DNA of 37,932 nt from a bacterium (GTDB lineage Bacteria > UBA9089 > UBA9088 > JAGUXG01): positions 1 through 37,932 of the forward strand of contig JAZDOR010000047.1 in assembly GCA_043798435.1 (NCBI GenBank), given 5' to 3'. Every line of letters starts with the position of its first letter. Position 1 is the first letter of the stretch. The translations under genes were made by a program, and so were the position numbers. The notes beneath the pieces are model-generated. The model made no database searches. It was given only the letters and a program-made list of their open reading frames with translations, and was not told the origin of the DNA. Shown piece by piece: positions 1 through 8,815 of the stretch.

Positions 1-39
1 TGCGGCGTACTCGCCGTCAACTGCAGCGCCTGGTTAGGC
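1..39 (-). mobile_element. 5' half of a putative integron attC site (runs off the window)
   Basis: Minus strand reads GCCTAAC-CAGGCGCTGCAG-TTGACGGCG-AGTA-CGCCGCA: RYYYAAC inverse core, an L''-like box and a GC-rich inner hairpin. A matching core site GTTAGGC lies at 127..121 on the same strand. Confidence 0.6.
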
Positions 40-222
40 TTTTAATGGGTATCTGTCCCTATTTTTGTGCATCTTGGATTGAAAATATGCAATTCAATAC
101 GTGCCTCCTTCTCACCTTCTGCCTAACCTAAGATTTTACTACCTATTAGCAGTTTTATATTACTGCAACATAGATTATAGCATCTAAAGTTAATCCTTCA
201 AAATCAGCGTTTATCTAAAATT

Positions 223-1029
223 CTAATTTTCTTTTCTCCATTTCCCCATCTTCCCCTTTTCTATCTCATCCTTTATCCCTGGTGGGCATAACTCTAAATA
301 CTCACAATAGCCCTTCTCTTCAATTCGGGTAAACATCTCATAAGGCTCACCGCTCTTGACAATCACACCACCACACATTATATGAGCCAAATCAGGCTTC
401 AGGTAGGGCAGGATATGCCTGTAATGGGTGATGACTAAGCAGGCACAATGGTTCTCCCTGATATACTCACCCAAATCTCGACCAATCATTTTCAGGGAGT
501 CAATGTCAACACCAGAGTCTGGCTCGTCCAGGATCATTAACTTCGGCTTTTGGGCAAAGACCTGGGCTAATTCTGAACGCTTTCGCTCCCCTCCTGAAAA
601 GCCTACATTCACATCCCTGCCAGAAAACTGTTCTGGAGAGAGACCAACCTTTCGTAAGAGAGGAGTAGCAATCTTTTCTTCTGGTTCTTTGGATGGGTCC
701 CAAAGGGGCACACCCCCTGACAATCTAACTAAATCCCTTAGTTTCACCCCCCGTATTTCAGGTGGCGCCTGAAAGGAGATAGCCAAACCCAATCTCACCC
801 GTTGATGAATGGGCATAGAATTCAGTTCCTCTCCAGCAAACCTTATCGCACCCTGGACAATATTATAATGTGGCCAGCCCAGTAGGCTCATCATCAAACT
901 GCTCTTTCCAGAGCCATTTGGACCCATAATAATATGAACCCCTCCCTCTTCAATGCTTAGATTGACTCCATTCAACACACCTTTTCCCTCTACCTCTACA
1001 AACAAATTCTCTATCTCTAAAAGGTTCAT
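223..1029 (-). CDS. sufC: Fe-S cluster assembly ABC-type ATPase SufC/SmsC
   Basis: Walker A GPNGSGKS, signature VNVGFSGGERKRSELAQ, LDEPDSGVDIDSL, LVITH; Cys residues near the C-terminus. Confidence 0.85.
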   Translation of the reverse strand: MNLLEIENLFVEVEGKGVLNGVNLSIEEGGVHIIMGPNGSGKSSLMMSLLGWPHYNIVQGAIRFAGEELNSMPIHQRVRLGLAISFQAPPEIRGVKLRDLVRLSGGVPLWDPSKEPEEKIATPLLRKVGLSPEQFSGRDVNVGFSGGERKRSELAQVFAQKPKLMILDEPDSGVDIDSLKMIGRDLGEYIRENHCACLVITHYRHILPYLKPDLAHIMCGGVIVKSGEPYEMFTRIEEKGYCEYLELCPPGIKDEIEKGKMGKWRKEN

Positions 1030-1039
1030 CTTGGTAAAT

Positions 1040-1209
1040 AGAATACAGAATTCAGAATAAATAAATTATTTGACACAGATTTTCACAGATTTTCACAGAT
1101 TTTAGTGGTTAGAATAAAATCAGTGTTTGATCAGTGTAAATCAGTGTCTAAAAAAGGAAATTCCTATACAATCAAGTTCTTTCATTCTGACTCCTGAATT
1201 CTGACTTCT
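1040..1209. repeat. AGAATTC-armed palindrome with a nested CACAGAT-armed palindrome (1070..1151)
   Basis: Left arm AGAATACAGAATTCAGAAT, right arm ATTCTGACTCCTGAATTCTGACTTCT. Inner TTGACACAGATTTTCACAGATTTTCACAGAT ... ATCAGTGTTTGATCAGTGTAAATCAGTGTCTAA. Confidence 0.85.
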
Positions 1210-1975
1210 AACTTTTTATCAGCATTTCAGCTGCTTTTTTGCCAGAAAGGAGCATTCCGCCGAATATAGGCCCCATCCTTGGCCCTCCAAAAACAGCATT
1301 ACATGCCATTCCAGCCACATAAACCCCAGGGTATATCTCCTTTGTATTCTCCACAATGAGACGCTCACCTATCTCTGCCCACATAGGCTTTTCGCCCAAA
1401 ATGTCTCCTGTTTCTGTGAGAAGATTCTTCCCAATCTTTCTGGTGATTATATGAGCTATCTCAGCCGCATGTCCAGTAGCATCTATAATATATTTTGATC
1501 GAATTGTCAATGGGTCAACATGTAATTTAGCAATGTCAACCGCACTCCAGTTAAGAACAAGCCCCGTAACCCTTTCTTCACGAATCATCACATCCTCGCA
1601 AGAGATAAGATTATATATCCTTACCCCGGCCCTGATAGCTGAAAGGCAGAGGGCTGAAACCGTCTCTAAGGAATCTGTGACAAAATAGTTGGGTCGGTAT
1701 TCCTTATATCGTATCCCAAACTCATCTAAGATTGCCCTTGATTCCTCCTGAAAGACGCATTTGTTACACATCATCCCTCCACCCCACATTCCTCCACCAA
1801 TAGAGAGCTTTCTCTCAAAGAGGACCACCTTGAACCCCTTTTTGGCTAAGTAATAGCCGGCAGTAAGCCCAGCAGGACCTCCACCAACAATAGCCACATC
1901 GCTCTCTAAAGAGTCAATCATATCCTTTCCCCATTCCTCTAAAATAGCCCTTGAAATGACAATGTCATCTAACAT
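1208..1975 (-). CDS. thi4: Sulfide-dependent (His-type) adenosine diphosphate thiazole synthase
   Basis: GGGPAG dinucleotide motif, [15 protein letters not shown] (His where suicide Thi4 enzymes have Cys), [15 protein letters not shown]. Confidence 0.92.
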   Translation of the reverse strand: MLDDIVISRAILEEWGKDMIDSLESDVAIVGGGPAGLTAGYYLAKKGFKVVLFERKLSIGGGMWGGGMMCNKCVFQEESRAILDEFGIRYKEYRPNYFVTDSLETVSALCLSAIRAGVRIYNLISCEDVMIREERVTGLVLNWSAVDIAKLHVDPLTIRSKYIIDATGHAAEIAHIITRKIGKNLLTETGDILGEKPMWAEIGERLIVENTKEIYPGVYVAGMACNAVFGGPRMGPIFGGMLLSGKKAAEMLIKS

Positions 1976-2001
1976 TTTATCCTCCTTCTTAAAAGATTTT
2001 T

Positions 2002-2217
2002 GTAACTATTCAGGTAGTAAGAAGACAGAATTCAGAATACAGAATTCAGGAGTCAGAATGAGAACGCTTACATGTAGTGTTCAAAACTTTGGGGTATGGT
2101 GATTCTTCAAAACTATTGATACTACTAAAAAAGGTCAGTAAATTATTAGAATCTTACTCTGATATTATTCTGAATTCTGAATTCTGACTCCTGAATTCTA
2201 ACTATCTAAACAGTTAC
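2002..2217. mobile_element. GTAA-ended MITE-like element carrying an AGAATTC palindrome
   Basis: Ends GTAACTATTCAGGTAG / CTATCTAAACAGTTAC; perfect 8-bp direct repeat AGATTTTT at 1994-2001 and 2218-2225. Confidence 0.88.
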
Positions 2218-2231
2218 AGATTTTTAACATA

Positions 2232-2636
2232 CTAAAAAAATATCTCAATCGCCTGATAGGGACATGCCTTCAGGCAGAGTCCACAGGCTGTGCAGTGCTC
2301 AGAGTCAAATGAGACCTTCATACTCTTTCTGTCAACAACCAATGCAGAAAATGGACAGATGGGAATGCAGGCTGTGCAATGGATGCATCTTTCTTCATTC
2401 CATCTCACATCAGAAGCTAAAGGTTGCACTACTACACCTAAATCTTTGAGGTAGGTCATACCCTTGTTTAGATTCTCATTCTCACCGCTTATCTCTACCA
2501 CCAACCTCCCTTCTTCATTCGGCTCTACCTTTGCACTCAGGATATTCACCATCAGGTCATATTCCTTAATCAAATGATAGGTGATTGGCTTTTCTACTGT
2601 CTCTTTCAGAAAGGTCAGGACCACTCGTTTTTTCAT
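2232..2636 (-). CDS. NIL domain + 2x[4Fe-4S] ferredoxin (MA1822/MJ0099-like)
   Basis: N-terminal NIL (YDLMVNILSAKV) plus two CxxCxxCxxxCP motifs; adjacent to a DUF39 gene. Confidence 0.88.
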   Translation of the reverse strand: MKKRVVLTFLKETVEKPITYHLIKEYDLMVNILSAKVEPNEEGRLVVEISGENENLNKGMTYLKDLGVVVQPLASDVRWNEERCIHCTACIPICPFSALVVDRKSMKVSFDSEHCTACGLCLKACPYQAIEIFF

Positions 2637-2656
2637 TATTTCTTACCTCCTACAGA

Positions 2657-2806
2657 ATAAGCGTTCAGGCAGTGTAACAAAAGGAGATAAGGAGATAAAA
2701 GGGATATGGAGATATTTTTAAGGGAAAAGAAAATAATTCATCTCCCCATCCCCCATATCTTCTTATCCCCCTTCTTACACTTTTTTTGTATAGCCTGAAC
2801 GGTTAC
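2657..2806. mobile_element. GTAAG-type MITE shell with GGAGATA arms and an empty centre
   Basis: (A)TAAGCGTTCAGGC-AGTGTAA...TTACAC...GCCTGAACGGTTAC with GGAGATAAGGAGATA / TATCTTCTTATCCCC arms. No clean TSD. Confidence 0.75.
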
Positions 2807-2813
2807 CAAATAA

Positions 2814-4007
2814 CTATGGTCTTTCATTTAGTGGCTTTATAGCGATATTAGCATCAATAGAAGGCACTCTTTGCACAGGTTCTGTCAAGAGAAAATCTCC
2901 TTTTAGTATCCATTCCTTCAGAATATTGGCTATCTCCTTTGCCTTGACATAACTTGAAAGCCCACCTGTAGGCACCTCTTTGCCATTTATCTTTATCTTT
3001 CCACTCTTCAACTGGGCATAGTTTACCTCAGTCAAAACATCTGGTTCCCTTTCTGGATAGGCATGGCTGTAATCTACCACTGGTGCAAATATCTCTTCAT
3101 CTCGAACTGCTGTATATCTACATATCTCCTCATTGAGCATAGGGATGGGAACACCAATCCCTACAGCAAGACTCACCCCATAACCTGTTATACTTGCACC
3201 TCGCAGCCAGGCGGGTTTCATCTGCTTCAGGTCTCCAATTACCGCTAAGGTTCCCCCAGACCTCTTTGGCACCTGGTTTTCTCCTCTAATGACATTTGGA
3301 TTGTGCTGTGTTCCCTGCCACGCAACATAGCCTATTCCACCACCCAAGAATATCCTTGTGCCGATGCCAATAATAGAATAGAGCGGGTCATTCAATAAAG
3401 GAGAAAGCTGTCCAGCACTGGAATAATTAGCGTTGCCAAGTCTTGGCAGTAAAGCCCCCAAATAGGTGTAAATAATCTTATCAGAAAGGTTTACGGCAAC
3501 ATTGTAGTTTTGATAAGCATTTCTGGGATTAAATAGCACAGCTTCATTTAGGTCAGAGATGTTAATCAAAGTGGTAAGCTCTTTTTTTGGATAGCAGTCT
3601 GTGCCATAAGAGACCACCTTCATTCTTATATCCTTTCCTGAAACCAGTTCTTCAATTATATGACCCCCACCATACCTGAATGCACCAGGATAGACAGTAT
3701 TAGCTGGATCATCCTCTGGGAGTTCTGTCGCCCCAAGATAGACATCTACTGCCGCTAAACCTGCATAAGCTGGAACATTGTTCAGCCATGCCTTCTGTGC
3801 CTTTATCCTTGGTTTAGAATGACCAAAGTTGAAATAGACTCCAGATGAGCACATGGGACCAAAGGTAGCCGTAGTTACAACATCAACCTCCTTTGCCACT
3901 TGAGACACACCCTTCTTATCCACCAGATCAATAATCTCTTCTGCTGTGACAACTACTGCTTCACCCTTCTTAATCTTCTCATTGATCTCTGCGATCGTCT
4001 TAGCCAT
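2814..4007 (-). CDS. DUF39 homocysteine biosynthesis protein (L-aspartate semialdehyde sulfurtransferase, MA1821/MJ0100-like; no CBS tail)
   Basis: KTIAEINEKIKKGEAVVVTAEE, VDVVTTATFGPMCSSG, YGTDCYP, NPRNAYQNY, SSAGQLSPLLNDP. Confidence 0.9.
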   Translation of the reverse strand: MAKTIAEINEKIKKGEAVVVTAEEIIDLVDKKGVSQVAKEVDVVTTATFGPMCSSGVYFNFGHSKPRIKAQKAWLNNVPAYAGLAAVDVYLGATELPEDDPANTVYPGAFRYGGGHIIEELVSGKDIRMKVVSYGTDCYPKKELTTLINISDLNEAVLFNPRNAYQNYNVAVNLSDKIIYTYLGALLPRLGNANYSSAGQLSPLLNDPLYSIIGIGTRIFLGGGIGYVAWQGTQHNPNVIRGENQVPKRSGGTLAVIGDLKQMKPAWLRGASITGYGVSLAVGIGVPIPMLNEEICRYTAVRDEEIFAPVVDYSHAYPEREPDVLTEVNYAQLKSGKIKINGKEVPTGGLSSYVKAKEIANILKEWILKGDFLLTEPVQRVPSIDANIAIKPLNERP

Positions 4008-4032
4008 ATCTAAACCTCCAGTATAAGTAACG

Positions 4033-5298
4033 CTATTTTAATAAATCGTTTAGTTCACAAGAAAGCAGGGCTGATTTATTGAGTATAATCTCTTCTTTCT
4101 GGTTGAAATTATCTGCGGTCATTCTGATGAGCTTGGTTGTAATGGTGTCACCGAGCATTATGCGATTCGTTTTTTTGAGATAGTTCTCGGTTTTCTGATA
4201 AAAAAGAGTAACATATTGCATCAATTTATCCTCCGGAGCAGGTTCCCAGCTGGTTTTTAATTCAACCAAGTCTTTAATTTTCTCGTCTACGGGTATTGAC
4301 AAATCTCCGTCTTGACGATCAATCCAGTAGTCACTGATAGAGTAAATAATTCTCACTGATTTTCCATTCTCTGTGTTGTATCGGCATATGAAAGAAAAAA
4401 TATCAGTGTGGAAGTCCTGATGGACATCCACATTTTTCAATGTAGTTACTGTATGAATCTTATATTCATCAAGAAGACGAAAATAGCTTTCTCGCCAATT
4501 TTTAAGCCAGTCTTCAATAAATGTCTGATTTATAAAAAGAGGTGTGAGATCCTGTTTAAGATTCGTGTCGTTCACCTTATTCATTTGTAAGGTAAGTTTG
4601 TCAAAAAGGGCTCGCTGGTCTTTTGCATCAACCCCTTTTGCAATAAGATATTCAAGATCAATCGCCACTTTTTTTCCCATATACCAGAGAAGATCATAGA
4701 TATCACGCCCCTTTTCTTCATATACCTCTTTACCTACTCCACGCTGTCCACGCAGGAAAATAGCAGCAATCTTGCTCGCCATAAGCGTAGGCATATTGTA
4801 GGTCTTAATCACAAATGAAAGCTGTCCGTAATTCATTGGTATTCGCTCAGTTACCGTTTTTGGAGCAGTAAAGTGATTGAGATCAATTTTGACATGCACC
4901 TGCTTTGACGGATGGCTGATACCTAACTCATCACATATATGGAAATTTAGACGCAATCCCCTGTTGTCTACTTTTATAGTAAGCAGTTTTGAATCGGTAC
5001 CATAGGTGCTTAAAAAATGTGCCTCTATTTCTTCTTTCAGCTCATTCAGAAATGCATCTGATATGGGGTGTGCAACTTCAAAATCTAAATCAACCGACAT
5101 ACGATCAAGCCCGTGGCATATGCGGAGCGCAGAACCGCCATACATAGTCCAATTGCTGTAATCTGGGTGATGATAAATAAAGTTAAGAACATAAAACTGT
5201 AACTCCTCTTTGAGCACATTACGCTGTCTCTCGACATCTACCTTCCCGGAAATGTCATCAAGCTTTCTTTTGAGTGCTATAAGAATCTGATTATTCAT
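4033..5298 (-). CDS. AbiEii-family nucleotidyltransferase toxin with C-terminal extension
   Basis: MYGGSALRICHGLDRMSVDLDF, ASKIAAIFLR, KGRDIYDLLWY; overlaps the upstream antitoxin gene. Confidence 0.88.
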   Translation of the reverse strand: MNNQILIALKRKLDDISGKVDVERQRNVLKEELQFYVLNFIYHHPDYSNWTMYGGSALRICHGLDRMSVDLDFEVAHPISDAFLNELKEEIEAHFLSTYGTDSKLLTIKVDNRGLRLNFHICDELGISHPSKQVHVKIDLNHFTAPKTVTERIPMNYGQLSFVIKTYNMPTLMASKIAAIFLRGQRGVGKEVYEEKGRDIYDLLWYMGKKVAIDLEYLIAKGVDAKDQRALFDKLTLQMNKVNDTNLKQDLTPLFINQTFIEDWLKNWRESYFRLLDEYKIHTVTTLKNVDVHQDFHTDIFSFICRYNTENGKSVRIIYSISDYWIDRQDGDLSIPVDEKIKDLVELKTSWEPAPEDKLMQYVTLFYQKTENYLKKTNRIMLGDTITTKLIRMTADNFNQKEEIILNKSALLSCELNDLLK

Positions 5299-5902
5299 AG
5301 TTTTTTATCATCATATAAAATTTTTCCTGCTCTTTCTCGCTCATCTCATCAATGTCAATACGTAACTCTGCAACCAGTGCTTTTATCTCCTCAAACTTTA
5401 TCCCACAAAATCGGTGTGTCTTGAAGTAAAGCAGATCGAAAAGTGCTTTTGCAGGAGATGCAATGAAGAAATCGAATCTCCCCATACCTAAAGAAAAATC
5501 TGAAAATAATTCTTTTTGAATAGATTGGTAAGAAAAATTACCTATCTTTGTCTTATACGCTCGGGTTACTTTTGGTGTAATTGACATTATTGTGTGTATT
5601 GCTTCAGTGGTCAGATCATAATATTGAAGAGCAGTCCACGAACTCACATATGACGGTGTGCGAAGGATATTAGCAAGATAGAATGAATAGGAGATGTCGC
5701 CTTTGTTTTTATTATAAAAATCAGCAGATACATACAATCCCTTTTTGATAGAGATGATTTCCTTGCGTTTTAATGACCGACTGATATAGGTATCAACTGT
5801 GGTGCTTTTAAGACCATACTGCTCGCTAAGCTGATATATAGCTTTCTTTTTGAAATATGGCTGAGATTTCAGTTGATTAAGTAATATCTCTCTGTATTTC
5901 AC
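5291..5902 (-). CDS. AbiEi-family antitoxin / transcriptional regulator
   Basis: N-terminal wHTH (IKKGLY), PSYVSSWTALQYYDL, IASPAKALFDLLY; translationally coupled to the AbiEii-like gene. Confidence 0.85.
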   Translation of the reverse strand: MKYREILLNQLKSQPYFKKKAIYQLSEQYGLKSTTVDTYISRSLKRKEIISIKKGLYVSADFYNKNKGDISYSFYLANILRTPSYVSSWTALQYYDLTTEAIHTIMSITPKVTRAYKTKIGNFSYQSIQKELFSDFSLGMGRFDFFIASPAKALFDLLYFKTHRFCGIKFEEIKALVAELRIDIDEMSEKEQEKFYMMIKNYE

Positions 5903-5943
5903 AATTGTGATGATATTGTATTAAATGTGAAATAAGATGTCAA
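5896..5943 (-). promoter_or_regulatory. sigma70-type promoter and candidate autoregulatory operator of the AbiE operon
   Basis: TTGACA (5943-5938), 17 bp, TACAAT (5920-5915); inverted repeat ATTTCACA...TGTGAAAT spans the -10 region. Confidence 0.65.
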
Positions 5944-5950
5944 GAAAAAT

Positions 5951-6041
5951 GTAACTACTCAGGTTGTCAAAGTTCAAGATTCATAGTTCATCGTTTAAGT
6001 CGCTTTCTGAAAACCGTGAAAGACTGAACCTGAATAGTTAC
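5951..6041. mobile_element. Short GTAA-ended MITE-like element with GTTCA-type arms
   Basis: GTAACTACTCAGGTT / AACCTGAATAGTTAC. No TSD. The right end contains the pscS stop codon. Confidence 0.75.
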
Positions 6042-7159
6042 CCTCCCTTCACTATCTCACTAAATGCAGAATATAGGTATTTAACCTGCTCCCAGGTTAA
6101 TCCATAAGTAGAAAGCTTAAACCAGTCAGTCTGACCCGGCTTTAAACCAGTTATTCCCCTTTTTTCCAACTCATAATAAAGAAAATAGCCTTTTTTACGA
6201 TGTTTTTCAGCAATCTTGCTTAAAGCAGGGGTTTTTAGTCGGATCAAATCATGGTCTTTTGGTCTCTTTCCAAGCTGTTCAATATCTCCGAGAGCCTCCA
6301 TCTGCTTCACAAACCAGCGGGCTTTTTCTACCTCTTCATTCCAATGTTTCACCCTCTCCTTTACATAAGGTAAGGCAGTAATAAGGCAGGCAGCAGCCCC
6401 TGAGCGGGCTGTGCAACCAAGAAGCTCAACATCCTTTTTGGGATACTTATCAGACTTTCTAAATAATCTCTCTGCCAATTTTTCAGTAGTGGCTAAAACC
6501 CCAATCGTCCCTGGGACACCAAACCCTTTATGGCAGGAGGTAACAATAAAATCAGCTAAAAGCTCCTTTCCCTTAACCTCCATCCTACCAGCAGTATAAG
6601 CACAGTTGAGGAGAAATGGCACATCAAGCCCCTGGCAGATTTCACCCACTTTTTTTGCATCAACTAAGTTGCCATAATCTCCATCAACATGGGTAAGCAA
6701 GGCAAGCTTTGGAGGTTTTTTTGTCTCTTCTAATACCTTCTCAAATGTCTTTTGATATGCCTCTGGTCGTATCTCGTATTCAGGATAGCCTGTATTTTCC
6801 ACCTCATAGATTTTGGCTCCGGCACGCTCTGCCGCCACATAGGTGCTATAATGCCGATTAGAATCAACTACTATTGAATCGCCGCTTGAAAGCAGGGTAT
6901 GCATCACGGCAAATTTTCCTTCACGGCAACCCAGGGTAAGCCGAGCCTCATCCATACCAAGAAACTGAGCTAAATCTTTGGTCAATTCGCAGATAGGAGG
7001 CTTTTCAATCAGATGAAGAACGCCTTTACAGTAGTCGCAAACAGAATATCCATCAACAAAACTCGCCGCCGTAATCCTTACCTCTGCATTCGTCCTTCCT
7101 CCAGTCTGAAGGGGATTCAAATTTATGCAGCACTCCTCCCTTGTTCTAATCAGGCTCAT
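6038..7159 (-). CDS. pscS: O-phosphoseryl-tRNA:Cys-tRNA synthase (SepCysS), PLP-dependent
   Basis: INLNPLQTGG, DGYSVCDYC (CxxC), HYSTYVAAERAG, THVDGDYGNL, SCHK (PLP Lys), ELLGC, KLSTYGL. Confidence 0.92.
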   Translation of the reverse strand: MSLIRTREECCINLNPLQTGGRTNAEVRITAASFVDGYSVCDYCKGVLHLIEKPPICELTKDLAQFLGMDEARLTLGCREGKFAVMHTLLSSGDSIVVDSNRHYSTYVAAERAGAKIYEVENTGYPEYEIRPEAYQKTFEKVLEETKKPPKLALLTHVDGDYGNLVDAKKVGEICQGLDVPFLLNCAYTAGRMEVKGKELLADFIVTSCHKGFGVPGTIGVLATTEKLAERLFRKSDKYPKKDVELLGCTARSGAAACLITALPYVKERVKHWNEEVEKARWFVKQMEALGDIEQLGKRPKDHDLIRLKTPALSKIAEKHRKKGYFLYYELEKRGITGLKPGQTDWFKLSTYGLTWEQVKYLYSAFSEIVKGG

Positions 7160-7323
7160 AGAGACCCCTCCAATTCATCTAATATCTCTTTTGCCTTCTG
7201 AATGCTTTGCTGTATCTGGTTCTTTTCTTCTGGACTAAACCTATGAACAGGTGCTGTCTGCCTGAGGATATCCCTTAACCTCTCCATCAATGCCAATATT
7301 TCAAATATCTTCTCTACCTTCAT
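7156..7323 (-). CDS. 55-aa helical protein, SepCysSn-like; not in the ORF track
   Basis: Manual translation MKVEKIFEILALMERLRDILRQTAPVHRFSPEEKNQIQQSIQKAKEILDELEGSL; fills the rrf2-pscS gap and ends in an ATGA overlap with the pscS start. Confidence 0.75.
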   Translation of the reverse strand: MKVEKIFEILALMERLRDILRQTAPVHRFSPEEKNQIQQSIQKAKEILDELEGSL

Positions 7324-7741
7324 TTAATTTTTTATCCAGTTTGACTAAATCAGAAAGCGTAGTTGAGCCCAAAACCTCAGCTATCTTCTTACCAACCTCC
7401 TCCCATAAAAGCCTTGTTGCACACCTTGATGCACGATGACACTCTTTCTTGCTTACCTCTGGATTGACACAGAACACCGGGTCAACATGGCCATCTAAGG
7501 CTTTAATTGTATCCAGGGCTGTAATCTCTGATGGCTCCTTCTTCAATCTATATCCACCAGAAGGACCCCTTTTGCTCTCTACAAGCCCAGCATTCTTCAG
7601 CCTGATCATAATCTGCTCCGCATACTGTGTGGTAATCTCCTGGCTCTTTGAAATTTGATGTATGGAGATAGTCTCTTTATTATGCAAAGCCAATTCAAGC
7701 ATCGCCCTTAAACCATATCTTCCCTTTGTTGAAAGCCACAT
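7301..7741 (-). CDS. Rrf2-family transcriptional regulator (CymR/IscR-like)
   Basis: LSTKGRYGLRAMLELA, SKRGPSGGY, three C-terminal Cys. Confidence 0.9.
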   Translation of the reverse strand: MWLSTKGRYGLRAMLELALHNKETISIHQISKSQEITTQYAEQIMIRLKNAGLVESKRGPSGGYRLKKEPSEITALDTIKALDGHVDPVFCVNPEVSKKECHRASRCATRLLWEEVGKKIAEVLGSTTLSDLVKLDKKLNEGREDI

Positions 7742-7758
7742 CTATCTTTGTTATCTTC

Positions 7759-7943
7759 GTAAGCGTTCAGCCTATTAATCAAAGAGTGTAAGAAGGGGGA
7801 TAAGAAGATAATGGGGAAACGAGAGAGAATCCAGAATACAGAATCCAGAATTCAGAATATTAAATTCTGTATTCTGACTCCTGAATTCTGACTTCTATTA
7901 ACCTTTCCCATATCCCCTTTTTTTACACTACCTGAACGGTTAC
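7759..7943. mobile_element. GTAAG-type MITE shell (GGAGATA arms) with nested AGAATTC palindrome (7826..7896)
   Basis: GTAAGCGTTCAG / CTGAACGGTTAC; flanks TTATCTTC (7751-7758) and TTATCTCC (7944-7951), a 7/8 match. Confidence 0.85.
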
Positions 7944-8076
7944 TTATCTCCCCAAATAAAGATATTTTACTAACTTTGAGCAATTTCATCAACAACTATC
8001 TATTCCTCATTTTGTATGTGTTTAGCTGTTTTGCAACCTCAGTATTTATAAGGGGTTATACACCATTATTTTCTGA

Positions 8077-8134
8077 TTTTGGAGTGCATTGACCATGTCA
8101 ATGCACGCATCGTCACTGACGATGCACTCCAAAA
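8077..8134. repeat. REP-like inverted doublet of GGAG-hairpin units
   Basis: TTTTGGAG-TGCATTGAC-CAT-GTCAATGCA followed by the inverted unit GCATCGTCA-C-TGACGATGCA-CTCCAAAA. Confidence 0.65.
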
Positions 8135-8138
8135 GGAG

Positions 8139-8813
8139 CTAAACACATACCTCATCTTTAATGGTCCCTGATATACACCCCGGCATATTCCTGGCAAAGG
8201 TGACAAGAAACAATAATCCCTTTTGAACATCAGGATCTCTTATGGCAGAAATAAGTTTTCTTAAGCCTGGTTTAGGTGGCTCTTTCGCAAATTGCTGCAT
8301 GGTTTTGACTGCACATTCTCCCATTCCTTGTATCATGCACTGCGTCTCTTTGCCAAGAAGAATATCAATCTCTTTAGCCTCAAAGCTGGCCAAGAAATTC
8401 AGGAGTTTATTGAAGGCACCAATATTCTCTCCAGTCTTTTGGATAAGCTGTAGCGTTTCATCCTTTTCAAAGGATTCTCTGAGCATTTTTATGCTGGGTG
8501 CTGTCTCCTTAGAAATCTTTTCAATAGCTGGATATAGGTCTTCAGCTAAACCCTTTGCAGCCACCATTACATCTAAAAGTTTTATAAAGGTTGGTATATT
8601 CTCCCCAACCTTCTTAATCAAGGTTAAGGTCTCATCCCTTTCAAATCTTTCTCGCATCTCTCTAATTGTTGTCTGCGTCTCCTTAGAGACCTTTTCAAAA
8701 CCAGGAGCCAAATCTGCTATAAGGTTTTCAATGGTGTTAAGCCTATTGTATATCTCATCTATCTGGACAGCCATTCTCTCATGACCATTCGTGGGTAACG
8801 ATTTATTTACCAT
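8139..8813 (-). CDS. DUF1641-family helical protein
   Basis: C-terminal GLRKLISAIRDPDVQKGLLFL; internal repeat FERDETLTLI / FEKDETLQLI; follows an SQR-like gene. Confidence 0.75.
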   Translation of the reverse strand: MVNKSLPTNGHERMAVQIDEIYNRLNTIENLIADLAPGFEKVSKETQTTIREMRERFERDETLTLIKKVGENIPTFIKLLDVMVAAKGLAEDLYPAIEKISKETAPSIKMLRESFEKDETLQLIQKTGENIGAFNKLLNFLASFEAKEIDILLGKETQCMIQGMGECAVKTMQQFAKEPPKPGLRKLISAIRDPDVQKGLLFLVTFARNMPGCISGTIKDEVCV

Positions 8814-8815
8814 CT

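Noticed and set aside
2657-2814. TSDs for the elements at 2657, 5951, 29319 and 32172
   Set aside because: Their flanking 8-mers do not match, so they were not counted as TSD-bearing.
8242-8784. Long antisense ORFs (also 428..772, 11281..11676, 14523..15579, 29795..31971)
   Set aside because: Shadows of well-supported genes on the opposite strand.
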